From the NCBI GenBank assembly GCA_023334545.1, contig JAADVB010000147.1, positions 1 to 47,188 on the forward strand: a stretch of 47,188 nucleotides of DNA, written 5' to 3'. Both the position numbers and the translations under genes were made by a program. Origin of the DNA: Salisapilia sapeloensis CBS 127946. Lineage: Eukaryota > Protista > Oomycota. This document shows positions 1 to 9,607 of the stretch, one piece after another (the stretch's first letter is position 1; each line of letters starts with the position of its first letter). A model generated the notes under the pieces. It searched no databases. It was not told the origin of the DNA and was given only the letters and a program-made list of their open reading frames with translations.

Positions 1-1
1 C

Positions 2-250
2 TTGTGTTTCATCTTCCTTACAAGTGCGGCAAACGCTGTAAACTTTAAAACTCAAGTCGAGCAAGGGGAGTGGGATAAAGTGGTCGCGGACGATGTGAAC
101 CCGACGGCTAAACCCGCGTCATCGCCTTCGGAGGAAAATCGCTTACTCTGGATTATGGACGTCATCCAAACCATGGTGGGTCTTGCTAAAGGCGGCCCGA
201 TCTTTTCTCATAATGAACAGAAGAGCAGAACACTTGCTGCCAAAAATTAA
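2..250 (+). CDS. 5'-truncated ORF, possible small secreted protein
   Basis: Open from the window edge to TAA at 248-250. It begins with a hydrophobic stretch ending in an AxA-type site (LCFIFLTSAANA/V), as at the end of a signal peptide. The start codon lies outside the window; no family recognised. Confidence 0.45.
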   Translation: MCFIFLTSAANAVNFKTQVEQGEWDKVVADDVNPTAKPASSPSEENRLLWIMDVIQTMVGLAKGGPIFSHNEQKSRTLAAKN

Positions 251-1234
251 GGAACGGTCAATAAAAGTGTTTTTTTGAAAAACAAATACGAGTTGGAGTC
301 TACCGATTGCACAAAACGCTCCAATCACCCTTCTTTACCTCTGGCTGGTACTACAAAGTTAGTTTCAGTATGGGATCTGGTGTTCTCTGACTTGTTTCGT
401 CATACCTAAATAAGAAGTTGTTTGTCAAATCCTCTAAACAGCCATATATTCGACTATTAGTATAAATACAGCCTTTTAATGAATGGATTATACCTTGTGT
501 TCGAACTGAGAGTTGTAATTCGCAAAAATGTCCGAGATAGATTAAAAACGGTGTTTCCTCATTTTGGCGCCCAGTGTAGCTAAATTAAGCCGAGCATCGA
601 CTTTGTATCTAGGAGGGAAAGATTTCAGGCTGGATCCGTGTGATAACTCTGTCTAAGATCAATTATTCAGTAGCAGTTTTATTGCTTCTTTATTTTTTGT
701 TTCGTGTCTCGTAATTCTTGTATCCATTTAATTTATTCGCTAAGTCAAGAGAGTGATAAGGCGCCAAAATTGCTAGCCAACAAAAGTCTCGCTCTCAGAT
801 AAGCATTGTCTCGATTACCATTCCTACCAAAAGAACTGAGAAGCTGTTTATATCAACAAACGTGCTCGCTTTCGTTATCTGCATTTAAAATCAATTCTTC
901 CACCTAGCTGTCAATCGATTGATTTCAATATCCGCTCTATAATACACATTCCATCGTTCTCAAACGCTACCCGTGATCATTTGAGCACAAGATGAGATAC
1001 AAGATCACTAACTGCTCACATTGTTCAAAATTTTCACTCCGTATAGCTATATGATCGTTCTTGTAGACGAAATTGCGGTGAAATACTCCATCGCTTCAAA
1101 GCTACATGTTCCTATGAATGATCTACCCGAAGGAACGCCTTAAAGCATTGATTAGATCCAATCTACATCCTCGTCATAAAGTTTTACTCGAATGAAATGA
1201 TTAATTGAATTTTAATTGAACTCAAAAAATGCAC

Positions 1235-4200
1235 TCAATATCGTTTGCCTTCTCTCCTGGTCACATTCGCCAGCACTGCACTACTCGAATTAAATCCGTG
1301 GCTAAGCAAAAGCAGTTCCAAAGCTCGAGCACGCTCTTCATCCAAATACAACGTCTTCCCTCGTCTCAAGTACGGATCCTCTTCTCCGTTCTTGTCAACG
1401 TACAAGCTCCCCCAGACACATCGTCGGTCGTTCCCGAGAAACAGCATCACGGCACAAGCTTTCAAAAGTAGCACAGCTCCCAGACCCCCACTGCATTCCT
1501 GCACATGTCGCGTGCACTCTCCAACGGCTCCAACGCCTTGACAGCACGTTTTAAAGCAGCAGAGCGAAGTGCCGCACAACAGGCAGATCGCCGGGTGCGT
1601 CGCTGGCTTACTACATCGGCTGCATTGCGTACCGGCATACTTAACAAACATGTCCATGTAGACACGAGGCAAGGGAATGAGCAGTGACGACGCACATCGT
1701 GCTTTATCCTGCAGGACATCCAAGATGCCAACGTCATGTCTACGCAAGACCGCACAAGACGCTTCCAATTGAGCACTCCAGATATCCACCAACGACCTCT
1801 GGAGAGGTGCAAAGCGGTCCTGACGAAAGAAAGCTGATAATGAAGGTAAATGGAATACACGCAAGATGGCATTGACTTGTCCAATGGCACTGGCGTTGTT
1901 CATGACAGGAAAGAGGGAATCACATACAGCACAATGCTCAGGTTCATCTTGCACAGAAAGGATGTCTTCCGTATTGTACGGTAATAAACTCTGTGTCACG
2001 ATATGCAGATCTCGTAGTCGAGGAAGTAGCTTTTCCGATACATGATCTTTCAAACAGATAGAGCTGGAGACATGTGAAGATTGGAGTAACCTGCAACGAA
2101 CAAGCAACGCACCAATGTACTCGGCAGCGTCTTCCAATGCGTCGACGCTGTCAAAGTTCGGAGAACTAAAAGATCCAGTATCTCCACTCTTCCCATTTTG
2201 TTCCATCACGACAGCGATGACGGCTTGTAGCACCAACACAGACGCTACGACACGGGCATTATACAGCGTCTCCGACAGCATCGTCTGCATCGGCTCCAAA
2301 GTCATTGTCGACATGCGCTTCTGGGTAATCCCGCGTACAAGAAGGAGGTTTACGACATTCGCATTCAACAAAACAGGCATAGACATCATATCATCGACAC
2401 TATCTGCCTGTCCTCCATATAGTTTCAGGAGAGTTTCTTCTTCGAATAGAACTTGACGACCGAATAAAACGCCATCTGCGTCCTTGGCCATTTGATCTAA
2501 ACTGTCGTCACCACTACTCGCGACAAGATCCACCAACTGCTGCAACGTATGCAATCGACTCGGATCCACAAGCGACACACTCCACCGGTTCTCGGCATAC
2601 GACAGCATCTCCACTTGCTTCAGTAGCATCGTCAACAAGACTCGCCACTCCTCTTTCACGGGAGCAGTCTCTATGGAGATGTCACGAAGAGAAGCTTCCA
2701 TCGCTGCATCTTGATTCATCGAAAGCCACGAGTTCTGTCCATCGACTAGCATCCGCACACGAAACGTCGCCCGAACTTTACGGTCCTGGACGCCAGTAAA
2801 AAAACGATGGACAGTCGCTCGACTCTCCTTTTGTCTTTCAATCAGGCCATACTCATGGACATACGGAATGGAAGTGTCAACTAATGAAAAACTAGCACGA
2901 CGTAGCCAAGAAGGTGTCTTTGGCTCATCGAAACTCACCTTCGAGATGGTACTAGTTGCTCGACTACGTACTGCATCATCTCGTAGCATCTGCGTCTGTA
3001 GGAACGAAACAAAGCTACTTACAGCATGCTTATCATTACAAGTCGATAAAGTAGACAAGCAAGGAAGCAAGACGTTGCCTAGACGACGACACATTGGACA
3101 CATGAATTCTCCATCGTTCTCATCGACGACTTGGGCGTTACCGACTGTTTGTCGGCTGCGCTTTTGCTCTCGAAGGGACTTGAGATAACCATCGAGACAC
3201 TGTTGATGCAAGACATGACCACAGCTCCAGACGATACTATCCATGGCATCCAGTGCCTGTACTTCATTGGCTCGAGCACTGCTAGACGAAGAGGACAACG
3301 TGGGCGTCCGGAAAGCAAGTTTCGACAGGATCGAAGAAGATAAGATCAACGCAACGGTACCATAGTCTGATCGACATGGCAGACGACACAAGACACACTC
3401 TTCGTCTGTATGAGAAACAGTCGGACGGTCAGGAAGCGTATCACATGAATTGGAACGAGGGAGTAGACCACAGAAAGCAGGCGGGTCGTTATCCTGCGTA
3501 ACATAATGCTTCATCGTCCCATGCACAGGTTGATGGGACTTGTACTGAGGTGAAGTGGCGTTCGTAGACACTACTTTTGGCAGGATCCTGTGGACCTGGT
3601 CTTGGATACCAGACTGGATGTGCGAGAGGTAGAGATCTAGCGTCAGAGGACCTGTCGGGAAGCCCCACTCATCCTCTTCATCACTCTTAGCATCTATATC
3701 ATCTACTGATGCCGTTACCATCTCTTCATCGTCTGACTCGAGCGCCATCTGAGACTGTATGAACTGCTGCTGACGTTCCCGCATACGTGCTAGAATCTCT
3801 TCTTGACGCTGTTTAGCATTCGAAGAGCTCCTACTTGATCGCTTCTGCTCAATTGAAACCGGATCCTTCTTACTCTTATCTTCCAAGTACTGAGCACAGG
3901 CTGTACTCTTCTCCTTAATACGAGTAAGAAGTCGTTGGACTAGTTGCTGTAGCTCCTCGGAGACTTTAGACGAGTCTTCATGAGTCATGTCTACAAGATA
4001 GGAAAGAATACACCTCGTCTCTGTCTCTCCTACGTCTTCTTCCAGTCGAAGCAAGTCAAAGAACGTACCGGTAGGACCTACAAGCTCCTCTCGCAGTAGC
4101 TCTTGACCGCAGTCGATCAGATACACTAGTTTAGAAGCCACCGCCTCCCACTCCGTTGATTGATTCTTCCATTTGGACAATATGTCCAGGGCAAACGACA

Positions 4201-7114
4201 TAAACTCGAGGCTATTCAGCACTTGATGAGCTAACTGCTCTTGATACTCTCGCCATGACTCTGACAAGTAAACATCTCTCTTCCACTCTTGCTTTCGTTT
4301 CTGTTTCTGCTCCAAAACATGCGACTCTGTCATCGTAAACCCTTCATACAAACTACTCACACGTTCCCACCATTCTGTACGTAACGTCCACTTGCCACTC
4401 ATACTACTCCCGACACTCGAGCCACTCACATGAACGTTATGCAGTTGACTCGACAACACTTGGGGATTCGTATACTCGCCACAAGCACGCAATGCATCGG
4501 ACAACATTTCCTCCTCGTCCTTTTCACTTGCTTCCGCTACCTGCTCCAGCAATCTCGCATCCATCTTTCCCTCCACATCACTACGCGTACAAGGAGCAAG
4601 CAACGCCAACCAGTGTGCCACCTCTCTCTGGACGATACTCTCGTCCATCCCTCTCGTCATCATTAGCTTCACAGGAGAAGAGATGATTTGTGCAATCAAC
4701 GTCAGACACTGCTCCCAATACACGACGTGCTTCTCTCCCATCTCTTCGTCTTCATCTAGCGATAGCAAACTACTCCTTCGCATCTGCGCTATTAGACTTC
4801 CTGGTGGGAGCACAAGAGCAGTCGCTTGCAAGAGACAATAGTCGTTTAAAAGACCTTGATACCGCCAGTTCCGATTATGATAGTGCGCTAGCTGATGCTG
4901 CATGACCGTGCCGTTACGTGCCCATAGTCCAGCATGAATTTCTTTCGTGAACAGCAAGAGCTCCAACGGGGCCTGCAGCAACATCTTCTGTTCTTCGACA
5001 GACATGTGCTTGTTTATTAACTCTACAAGACACTGTCCATCAGATAGATGGATGAGTACGCCAGTCAAGAGACGATGTAAAGACAAATGAAGACTACGAT
5101 CATGCACATCTATCGCACTAGACTGACTATGAGAAGGAGTGCATCCGACAGCAATGGACCAGTGCGTGATCTCCTTCAGAAGCGGCGATATCAATGCTCT
5201 TGTCCATGCCTCGCTACTTTTACGGAAAGACAAGAGTCCGCTGCCTATCGCCTGGATCACTTGGTTCATCTCGTACGCTACGATAAACGCATGTGTCCAT
5301 CCTTCGCCTTCAAACTCAACATGCAGCCCAGTCTTGCGCGAATGGACATCCATATAATGTAACGCTGCTACACTCTGCACTAGTTCATACCACACACTCT
5401 CGTCTCGTACCTGATGACCGTCATCCATACCCGAGTCAAAGGAAGAGCGAATGGCATTAGTCGCGACTTGTGGATGCATCACAAGTGTCCGGATATCGGA
5501 ACATAGTCGACCATAGCTTCTACGCATGATAAGTGGATGCGTACAGCTCATTGCTAACGTCCCACTCGTTCCTGTAGAGCTTTCCGAGTCTTTCTGATAG
5601 GAATACCTACGCTGTCCATCTCGTCGAGCTGTTTTGAAGACGACCTGGAGCTTATGAACGAGGTATGTCAGCAGCTTATCTGTCACGGATAATGGCGAAG
5701 GCGAGTGCTCTTGAAAGTGCTCTTCCAGTTCTTCTAACTGCGTTAAACTATGGAAGAGCTGACAGAAAAGTCGATCGAGAAACTTGGACAGTGCTTTCAT
5801 ACCTGTCTCCAACCCATTCCGACTTGCTGACATGTACACTTCGATCAGGTACGGGTACCACGTTACAAAGTGGCGCGTGTACCGTTGCTTAAAGTCTGCG
5901 TCAAAGAGTAGACGAAGGTAGAGGACTCCAAGTGCATCGTTAATTTCAACTGGAAGGAGAACACCGTTCTTCAAGAGCACATCTAAATTTGTCTCGAGAG
6001 GTGTCCACGAGTCGAGTAGAGTGGACACCATGATGTCTCGAAAGGAACGACAGCTTGATGATAGACATTGTAGCCATTCTAATAACTTCTCGAGACGAGT
6101 AAAGTGGATCTGCAGTGATGTGGAGAAACGGGACTTTAATTGCCCGGCTTTGGCCTGAAGTTCCACAGGCGTGACGAGAGACTTGGTTTCTGGAAAGAGC
6201 GACTGGAGCAAGTCCATCGCGTCTTGCGTTGGAGAAGTAGATTTAGGATAGTTGGCTGGGAGACACTCCTGCTGTACTATCTGTAATACCTCTACTAGAT
6301 ACTGTATGACGACCTTTATAATCAGCCCCACCGACGCTACTTCCTCTTCAGATCGACTCTTAGAATGAATTTTAAAATCGTCCATGCTGTTCACATTGAT
6401 ATGTGATGCCTGGTTATCTGTAAGGTCGCTCTCTATCGTCGAAGCTGTGGCGTCGTGTCGGTGCTTTTTACAGAATCCGTTCGGGTCCCACGCGAATGGA
6501 TCTCCGCAGTCACAACACCCACCTGAAGCACAACTGTAGACTCTATAGTCATGCCCTACATGATCGGCCGGATCGAAGCAATCGAGACACATGCAGCTCG
6601 AATCAGACAAGCCACACGTCCGACATCGATAAGCCATGTGATCGCTATGCCACACCGCCGCACATTTATTACGCTGAACACTCCCATATCGACTAGCATA
6701 ACACTCGAGAAGTTCGGTAGGAAGACTTTTTAAGGTACGAATGTCTACTTCTGGGCAACAAGAAGGCGTAGGTTCATCCACATCTAGTGCATGTGACGTC
6801 CTGTGGAGCTTATAAAGTATGTAATTTAAAACTATTAGTACCCCAGCATCGTCTTCCAGTAGTACTGTAGATGAGTGTAAGATCTCGAGTATCACTGCTT
6901 TCCTCGCTGCGTTAGATAGCTCGAAGATCGGATAAAAGGCGGAAGAGAATGTTTCCACGTCCAATCGACTGACTTCCACTCCCTTTGGAAGTGCTTTTTG
7001 AACTGTATGAACAAGTTGAGTCACAAGACTTGGATCTATCTGACAAATCTCTTCTTCCTCCATCCTCCTCCTTGGTCTCGAAACCGAAGAAGCCTGCGCT
7101 CCGTTCCCCATCAT
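1235..7114 (-). CDS. UBR-box/RING E3 ubiquitin ligase (N-recognin family, PRT6/UBR3-like architecture), 1959 aa, single exon
   Basis: UBR box C..YRCRTC..CLDCF..H.GH..GGCCDCGD..W..FCKKH (~6455-6665). Split RING-H2 CVLC...SCGHVLHQQCL...CPMCRR (~3075-3400). C-terminal UBR domain CSRC..AICLLCG..YVDKNGEED..RRGKTLYL. ATG at 7114, TGA at 1235. Confidence 0.95.
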   Translation of the reverse strand: MMGNGAQASSVSRPRRRMEEEEICQIDPSLVTQLVHTVQKALPKGVEVSRLDVETFSSAFYPIFELSNAARKAVILEILHSSTVLLEDDAGVLIVLNYILYKLHRTSHALDVDEPTPSCCPEVDIRTLKSLPTELLECYASRYGSVQRNKCAAVWHSDHMAYRCRTCGLSDSSCMCLDCFDPADHVGHDYRVYSCASGGCCDCGDPFAWDPNGFCKKHRHDATASTIESDLTDNQASHINVNSMDDFKIHSKSRSEEEVASVGLIIKVVIQYLVEVLQIVQQECLPANYPKSTSPTQDAMDLLQSLFPETKSLVTPVELQAKAGQLKSRFSTSLQIHFTRLEKLLEWLQCLSSSCRSFRDIMVSTLLDSWTPLETNLDVLLKNGVLLPVEINDALGVLYLRLLFDADFKQRYTRHFVTWYPYLIEVYMSASRNGLETGMKALSKFLDRLFCQLFHSLTQLEELEEHFQEHSPSPLSVTDKLLTYLVHKLQVVFKTARRDGQRRYSYQKDSESSTGTSGTLAMSCTHPLIMRRSYGRLCSDIRTLVMHPQVATNAIRSSFDSGMDDGHQVRDESVWYELVQSVAALHYMDVHSRKTGLHVEFEGEGWTHAFIVAYEMNQVIQAIGSGLLSFRKSSEAWTRALISPLLKEITHWSIAVGCTPSHSQSSAIDVHDRSLHLSLHRLLTGVLIHLSDGQCLVELINKHMSVEEQKMLLQAPLELLLFTKEIHAGLWARNGTVMQHQLAHYHNRNWRYQGLLNDYCLLQATALVLPPGSLIAQMRRSSLLSLDEDEEMGEKHVVYWEQCLTLIAQIISSPVKLMMTRGMDESIVQREVAHWLALLAPCTRSDVEGKMDARLLEQVAEASEKDEEEMLSDALRACGEYTNPQVLSSQLHNVHVSGSSVGSSMSGKWTLRTEWWERVSSLYEGFTMTESHVLEQKQKRKQEWKRDVYLSESWREYQEQLAHQVLNSLEFMSFALDILSKWKNQSTEWEAVASKLVYLIDCGQELLREELVGPTGTFFDLLRLEEDVGETETRCILSYLVDMTHEDSSKVSEELQQLVQRLLTRIKEKSTACAQYLEDKSKKDPVSIEQKRSSRSSSNAKQRQEEILARMRERQQQFIQSQMALESDDEEMVTASVDDIDAKSDEEDEWGFPTGPLTLDLYLSHIQSGIQDQVHRILPKVVSTNATSPQYKSHQPVHGTMKHYVTQDNDPPAFCGLLPRSNSCDTLPDRPTVSHTDEECVLCRLPCRSDYGTVALILSSSILSKLAFRTPTLSSSSSSARANEVQALDAMDSIVWSCGHVLHQQCLDGYLKSLREQKRSRQTVGNAQVVDENDGEFMCPMCRRLGNVLLPCLSTLSTCNDKHAVSSFVSFLQTQMLRDDAVRSRATSTISKVSFDEPKTPSWLRRASFSLVDTSIPYVHEYGLIERQKESRATVHRFFTGVQDRKVRATFRVRMLVDGQNSWLSMNQDAAMEASLRDISIETAPVKEEWRVLLTMLLKQVEMLSYAENRWSVSLVDPSRLHTLQQLVDLVASSGDDSLDQMAKDADGVLFGRQVLFEEETLLKLYGGQADSVDDMMSMPVLLNANVVNLLLVRGITQKRMSTMTLEPMQTMLSETLYNARVVASVLVLQAVIAVVMEQNGKSGDTGSFSSPNFDSVDALEDAAEYIGALLVRCRLLQSSHVSSSICLKDHVSEKLLPRLRDLHIVTQSLLPYNTEDILSVQDEPEHCAVCDSLFPVMNNASAIGQVNAILRVFHLPSLSAFFRQDRFAPLQRSLVDIWSAQLEASCAVLRRHDVGILDVLQDKARCASSLLIPLPRVYMDMFVKYAGTQCSRCSKPATHPAICLLCGTSLCCFKTCCQGVGAVGECTRHVQECSGGLGAVLLLKACAVMLFLGNDRRCVWGSLYVDKNGEEDPYLRRGKTLYLDEERARALELLLLSHGFNSSSAVLANVTRREGKRY

Positions 7115-7183
7115 ATAAGTTCTCAGATGGATCGACTCTGATCACGTAATCAAAATACACTGTACCAGCCATAAATCGAAAAG

Positions 7184-7715
7184 ATGGCATCGACCAGCGT
7201 AAATGCTCCATTTATCCACCTCACGCCGTTCGCAGCCTCTAAATGAATATCCTATAGGCTACTGAACCTACTGTCGAAACACTCCAGGCCGAAGTTCAAG
7301 TACATGAGATAAAATGTGGTGGAGATTACGAACAATTGTGCTAATAAGAGCCAATGGTGGTCATGTAGGAGCTACAGGAGAAGCTGAATGGACTTGGCGT
7401 GACCGTGGACTCGGCGATGAAAGGTGTGGAAGGACCTGTTGGAAGTGGGGTTGAGCTACAGGACTACAAAAAGCAAATGCTCAAGCGTCTTCGTCAGATT
7501 CGAGGTACGCCTTGACAGGATGTTATTGTCGCTACACAAGCTAAAGAATATCACTAGACACGCTCGTTTCGGAAGACTCATCCGTAGAGAAGCTGAAAAA
7601 GGAGAGAGATGAAGCAGTTGCGGAGCGTGATGCTTTGAAGAAACAGGTCGAAAAGCTCAACTACCGTGTCGACCACTTGAAGGCACACATCGTGGTCAAC
7701 CCACCATCCAACTAA
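7184..7715 (+). CDS. Hidden 4-exon small coiled-coil protein, 116 aa (absent from ORF track)
   Basis: Exons 7184-7198, 7258-7299, 7369-7504, 7558-7715, joined by GT-AG introns of 59, 69 and 53 nt with CTAA-type branch sites. The spliced frame is stop-free: MASTSATEPTVETLQAEVQELQEKLNGLG...ERDALKKQVEKLNYRVDHLKAHIVVNPPSN*. Confidence 0.8.
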
Positions 7716-8899
7716 GCAATGAACTCGTACTTGTGACGAAACATTCAATCTCTTTGCTTGTTATAAATTGATGTGGATAGATCTGCCAAGCTCTGTTTCG
7801 GCAGTACTGCTCTTTATCTTGACCGAGGCGACTAGAGCTGTAGAAAACCATCTCCCTTGTTTGTCCTCACCTTCCGACCAGTATTCTTATGTACTCCACA
7901 AGTATTAAAGCACTGCAGTGCTTGTTGTGGTGGCACACGTGAGACCATCTACAGCATAGAAAGGATCGACTTTAGCTATGTTACCTGACAGTGCTTATAG
8001 TAGCTTAAATAGCAACGACGTTCTAGAAATGTACTAGCTCTAATGCAATTGATCTGCTATTGCTATACTTTTCACTCCTTATACTCGGGTACAATTGCGA
8101 TGCCAAACTACTAGCGACAAGGTATCAGAAAACCTGATCAAATCTATTGCGAATAGCACTAGCGCGATTATACGCATCGCTGTATAATGCATTCTTTCCT
8201 CACTTGTGACACAAATCACCACTATAAGTAGTGAGAGATGAACCTACTGTAAATACTACGCATCGGATTTCATTTAAAGTGCCCATGAGGGCTTTATAGT
8301 TCTTAGTTCTTAGGGTCGTTCCTACCCGATGAAGATGTAGCTATATAGAGTTATAGAAACTATCTTTATATCAGATAATTCTACCGCGGTCAAGTGAGCC
8401 CATACTTTGTCACCGCACACACGCAAGTGTTTGGAAAGTTGAACTATATTGAAATGCAATTTATTAAGAATTTGCTACCCAACGTGAGAACGATCTACCT
8501 CAAACCTCGATTCTCTTTACGTCTTCAATGGTCCCTTGTCCATCAAAATGGGGTGCCTACCCACCTATAAAAGCATGTAGCAATCCCCTAGATTTAGCCT
8601 GTAAAGATTCCTATCATCTAGACCAAACTAGTTTGCTTCTCATCCACTTAAAAGCACTCTTTCGTAGATCATCACCCATCGACAAGCTATCCGTGCGTAC
8701 ATGTCGCTGAAAACCTAGCATCCACCATTGTCTTGTTGAATTGGTGAAAGAGCATGGCGACAGTGCTCTAGCACTTTATCCAAGTTACCAGTGTCCGCTC
8801 TTTAAAGCTGCGAGTTTCATCAGCACCGAAAGTAGTTTCGGCAATACAGCGACCTCTTCCTAGTGGTCAAAGCAAGATTCAATACCAGATAGATGACTG

Positions 8900-9249
8900 A
8901 TGCTACTGAGAGAAATCCAGCTCCAAATATTGGGCGAGAGGAAAAAACGTCACTGTGCTGGAATATTCCAGTTAAATAGGTGGCACGCGCCACTAGAAGC
9001 TTATGGTGATGTGGATTCCAAAAGCGTGAGTACCTTTTATTAACGAGGCACGCTCTTTCGAGCGCTACAGAAGAATGGCACGTCCGAACGAGTCATCCAA
9101 ATGCAGACAAACAATCCTGCGACAGTATCACATACTTGCTGACTTCCTCTGGATAATGACGTGACCATATCTATCGCCTAACTTTCTAGGCTTCCATTGA
9201 CGATACCACCCTTTACTCGGGCGTCGTCTTTCGAGATCCGCGAGCGTGA
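8900..9249 (+). CDS. Candidate 3-exon small gene (~79 aa, 5' end uncertain) or gene relic
   Basis: Two phase-0 introns, 9026-9070 (GTGAGT..TTAAC..CAG) and 9125-9189 (GTATCA..CTAAC..TAG), join an open frame ending ...DSKS/KNGTSERVIQMQTNNPAT/ASIDDTTLYSGVVFRDPRA*. No family recognised. Confidence 0.35.
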
Positions 9250-9607
9250 TGAACGAGACTATAAATCAAGTCTCTTCGTCAGTAACCCAGAAACAACTTC
9301 ACAATTGTCTCTTTGTACTTGCACTTACATATGAAGCCCAGCTCATAAATGACTCACGCGGTACTTCCCATGAGAAGTGTTCCCGTCGTCTTATTGCACA
9401 GACATAGCTTCAAACTTCCCACGCATAGCAACGGCTCTGAGGCAAACAGGCATGACCATAGTAGAGGATTGAAAGTACATCCTATCCTGCTGCAACTATA
9501 CTATGGATCTCCGTATTGCATACAAAGTAAAAAGAATATATGAATATTTTGCATCAAACGTAGATTCAAGATAAGCTTCAAAAAATCTAAAAACAAAGCT
9601 TCTCGGT

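Noticed and set aside
561-770. 11-bp inverted repeat ATTTTGGCGCC / GGCGCCAAAAT (MITE-like ends or paired E2F-like sites)
   Set aside because: No target-site duplication and the repeat cannot be extended. About two such pairs within 200 bp are expected by chance in 47 kb, and it lies between two gene 3' ends.
7896-7930. 16-bp perfect palindrome AAGCACTGCAGTGCTT with flanking CCACAA/TTGTGG, plus a 14-bp palindrome at 8958-8971
   Set aside because: Roughly 0.7 16-mers and 3 14-mers are expected by chance in this window, and no RNA family or transposon terminus is recognisable.
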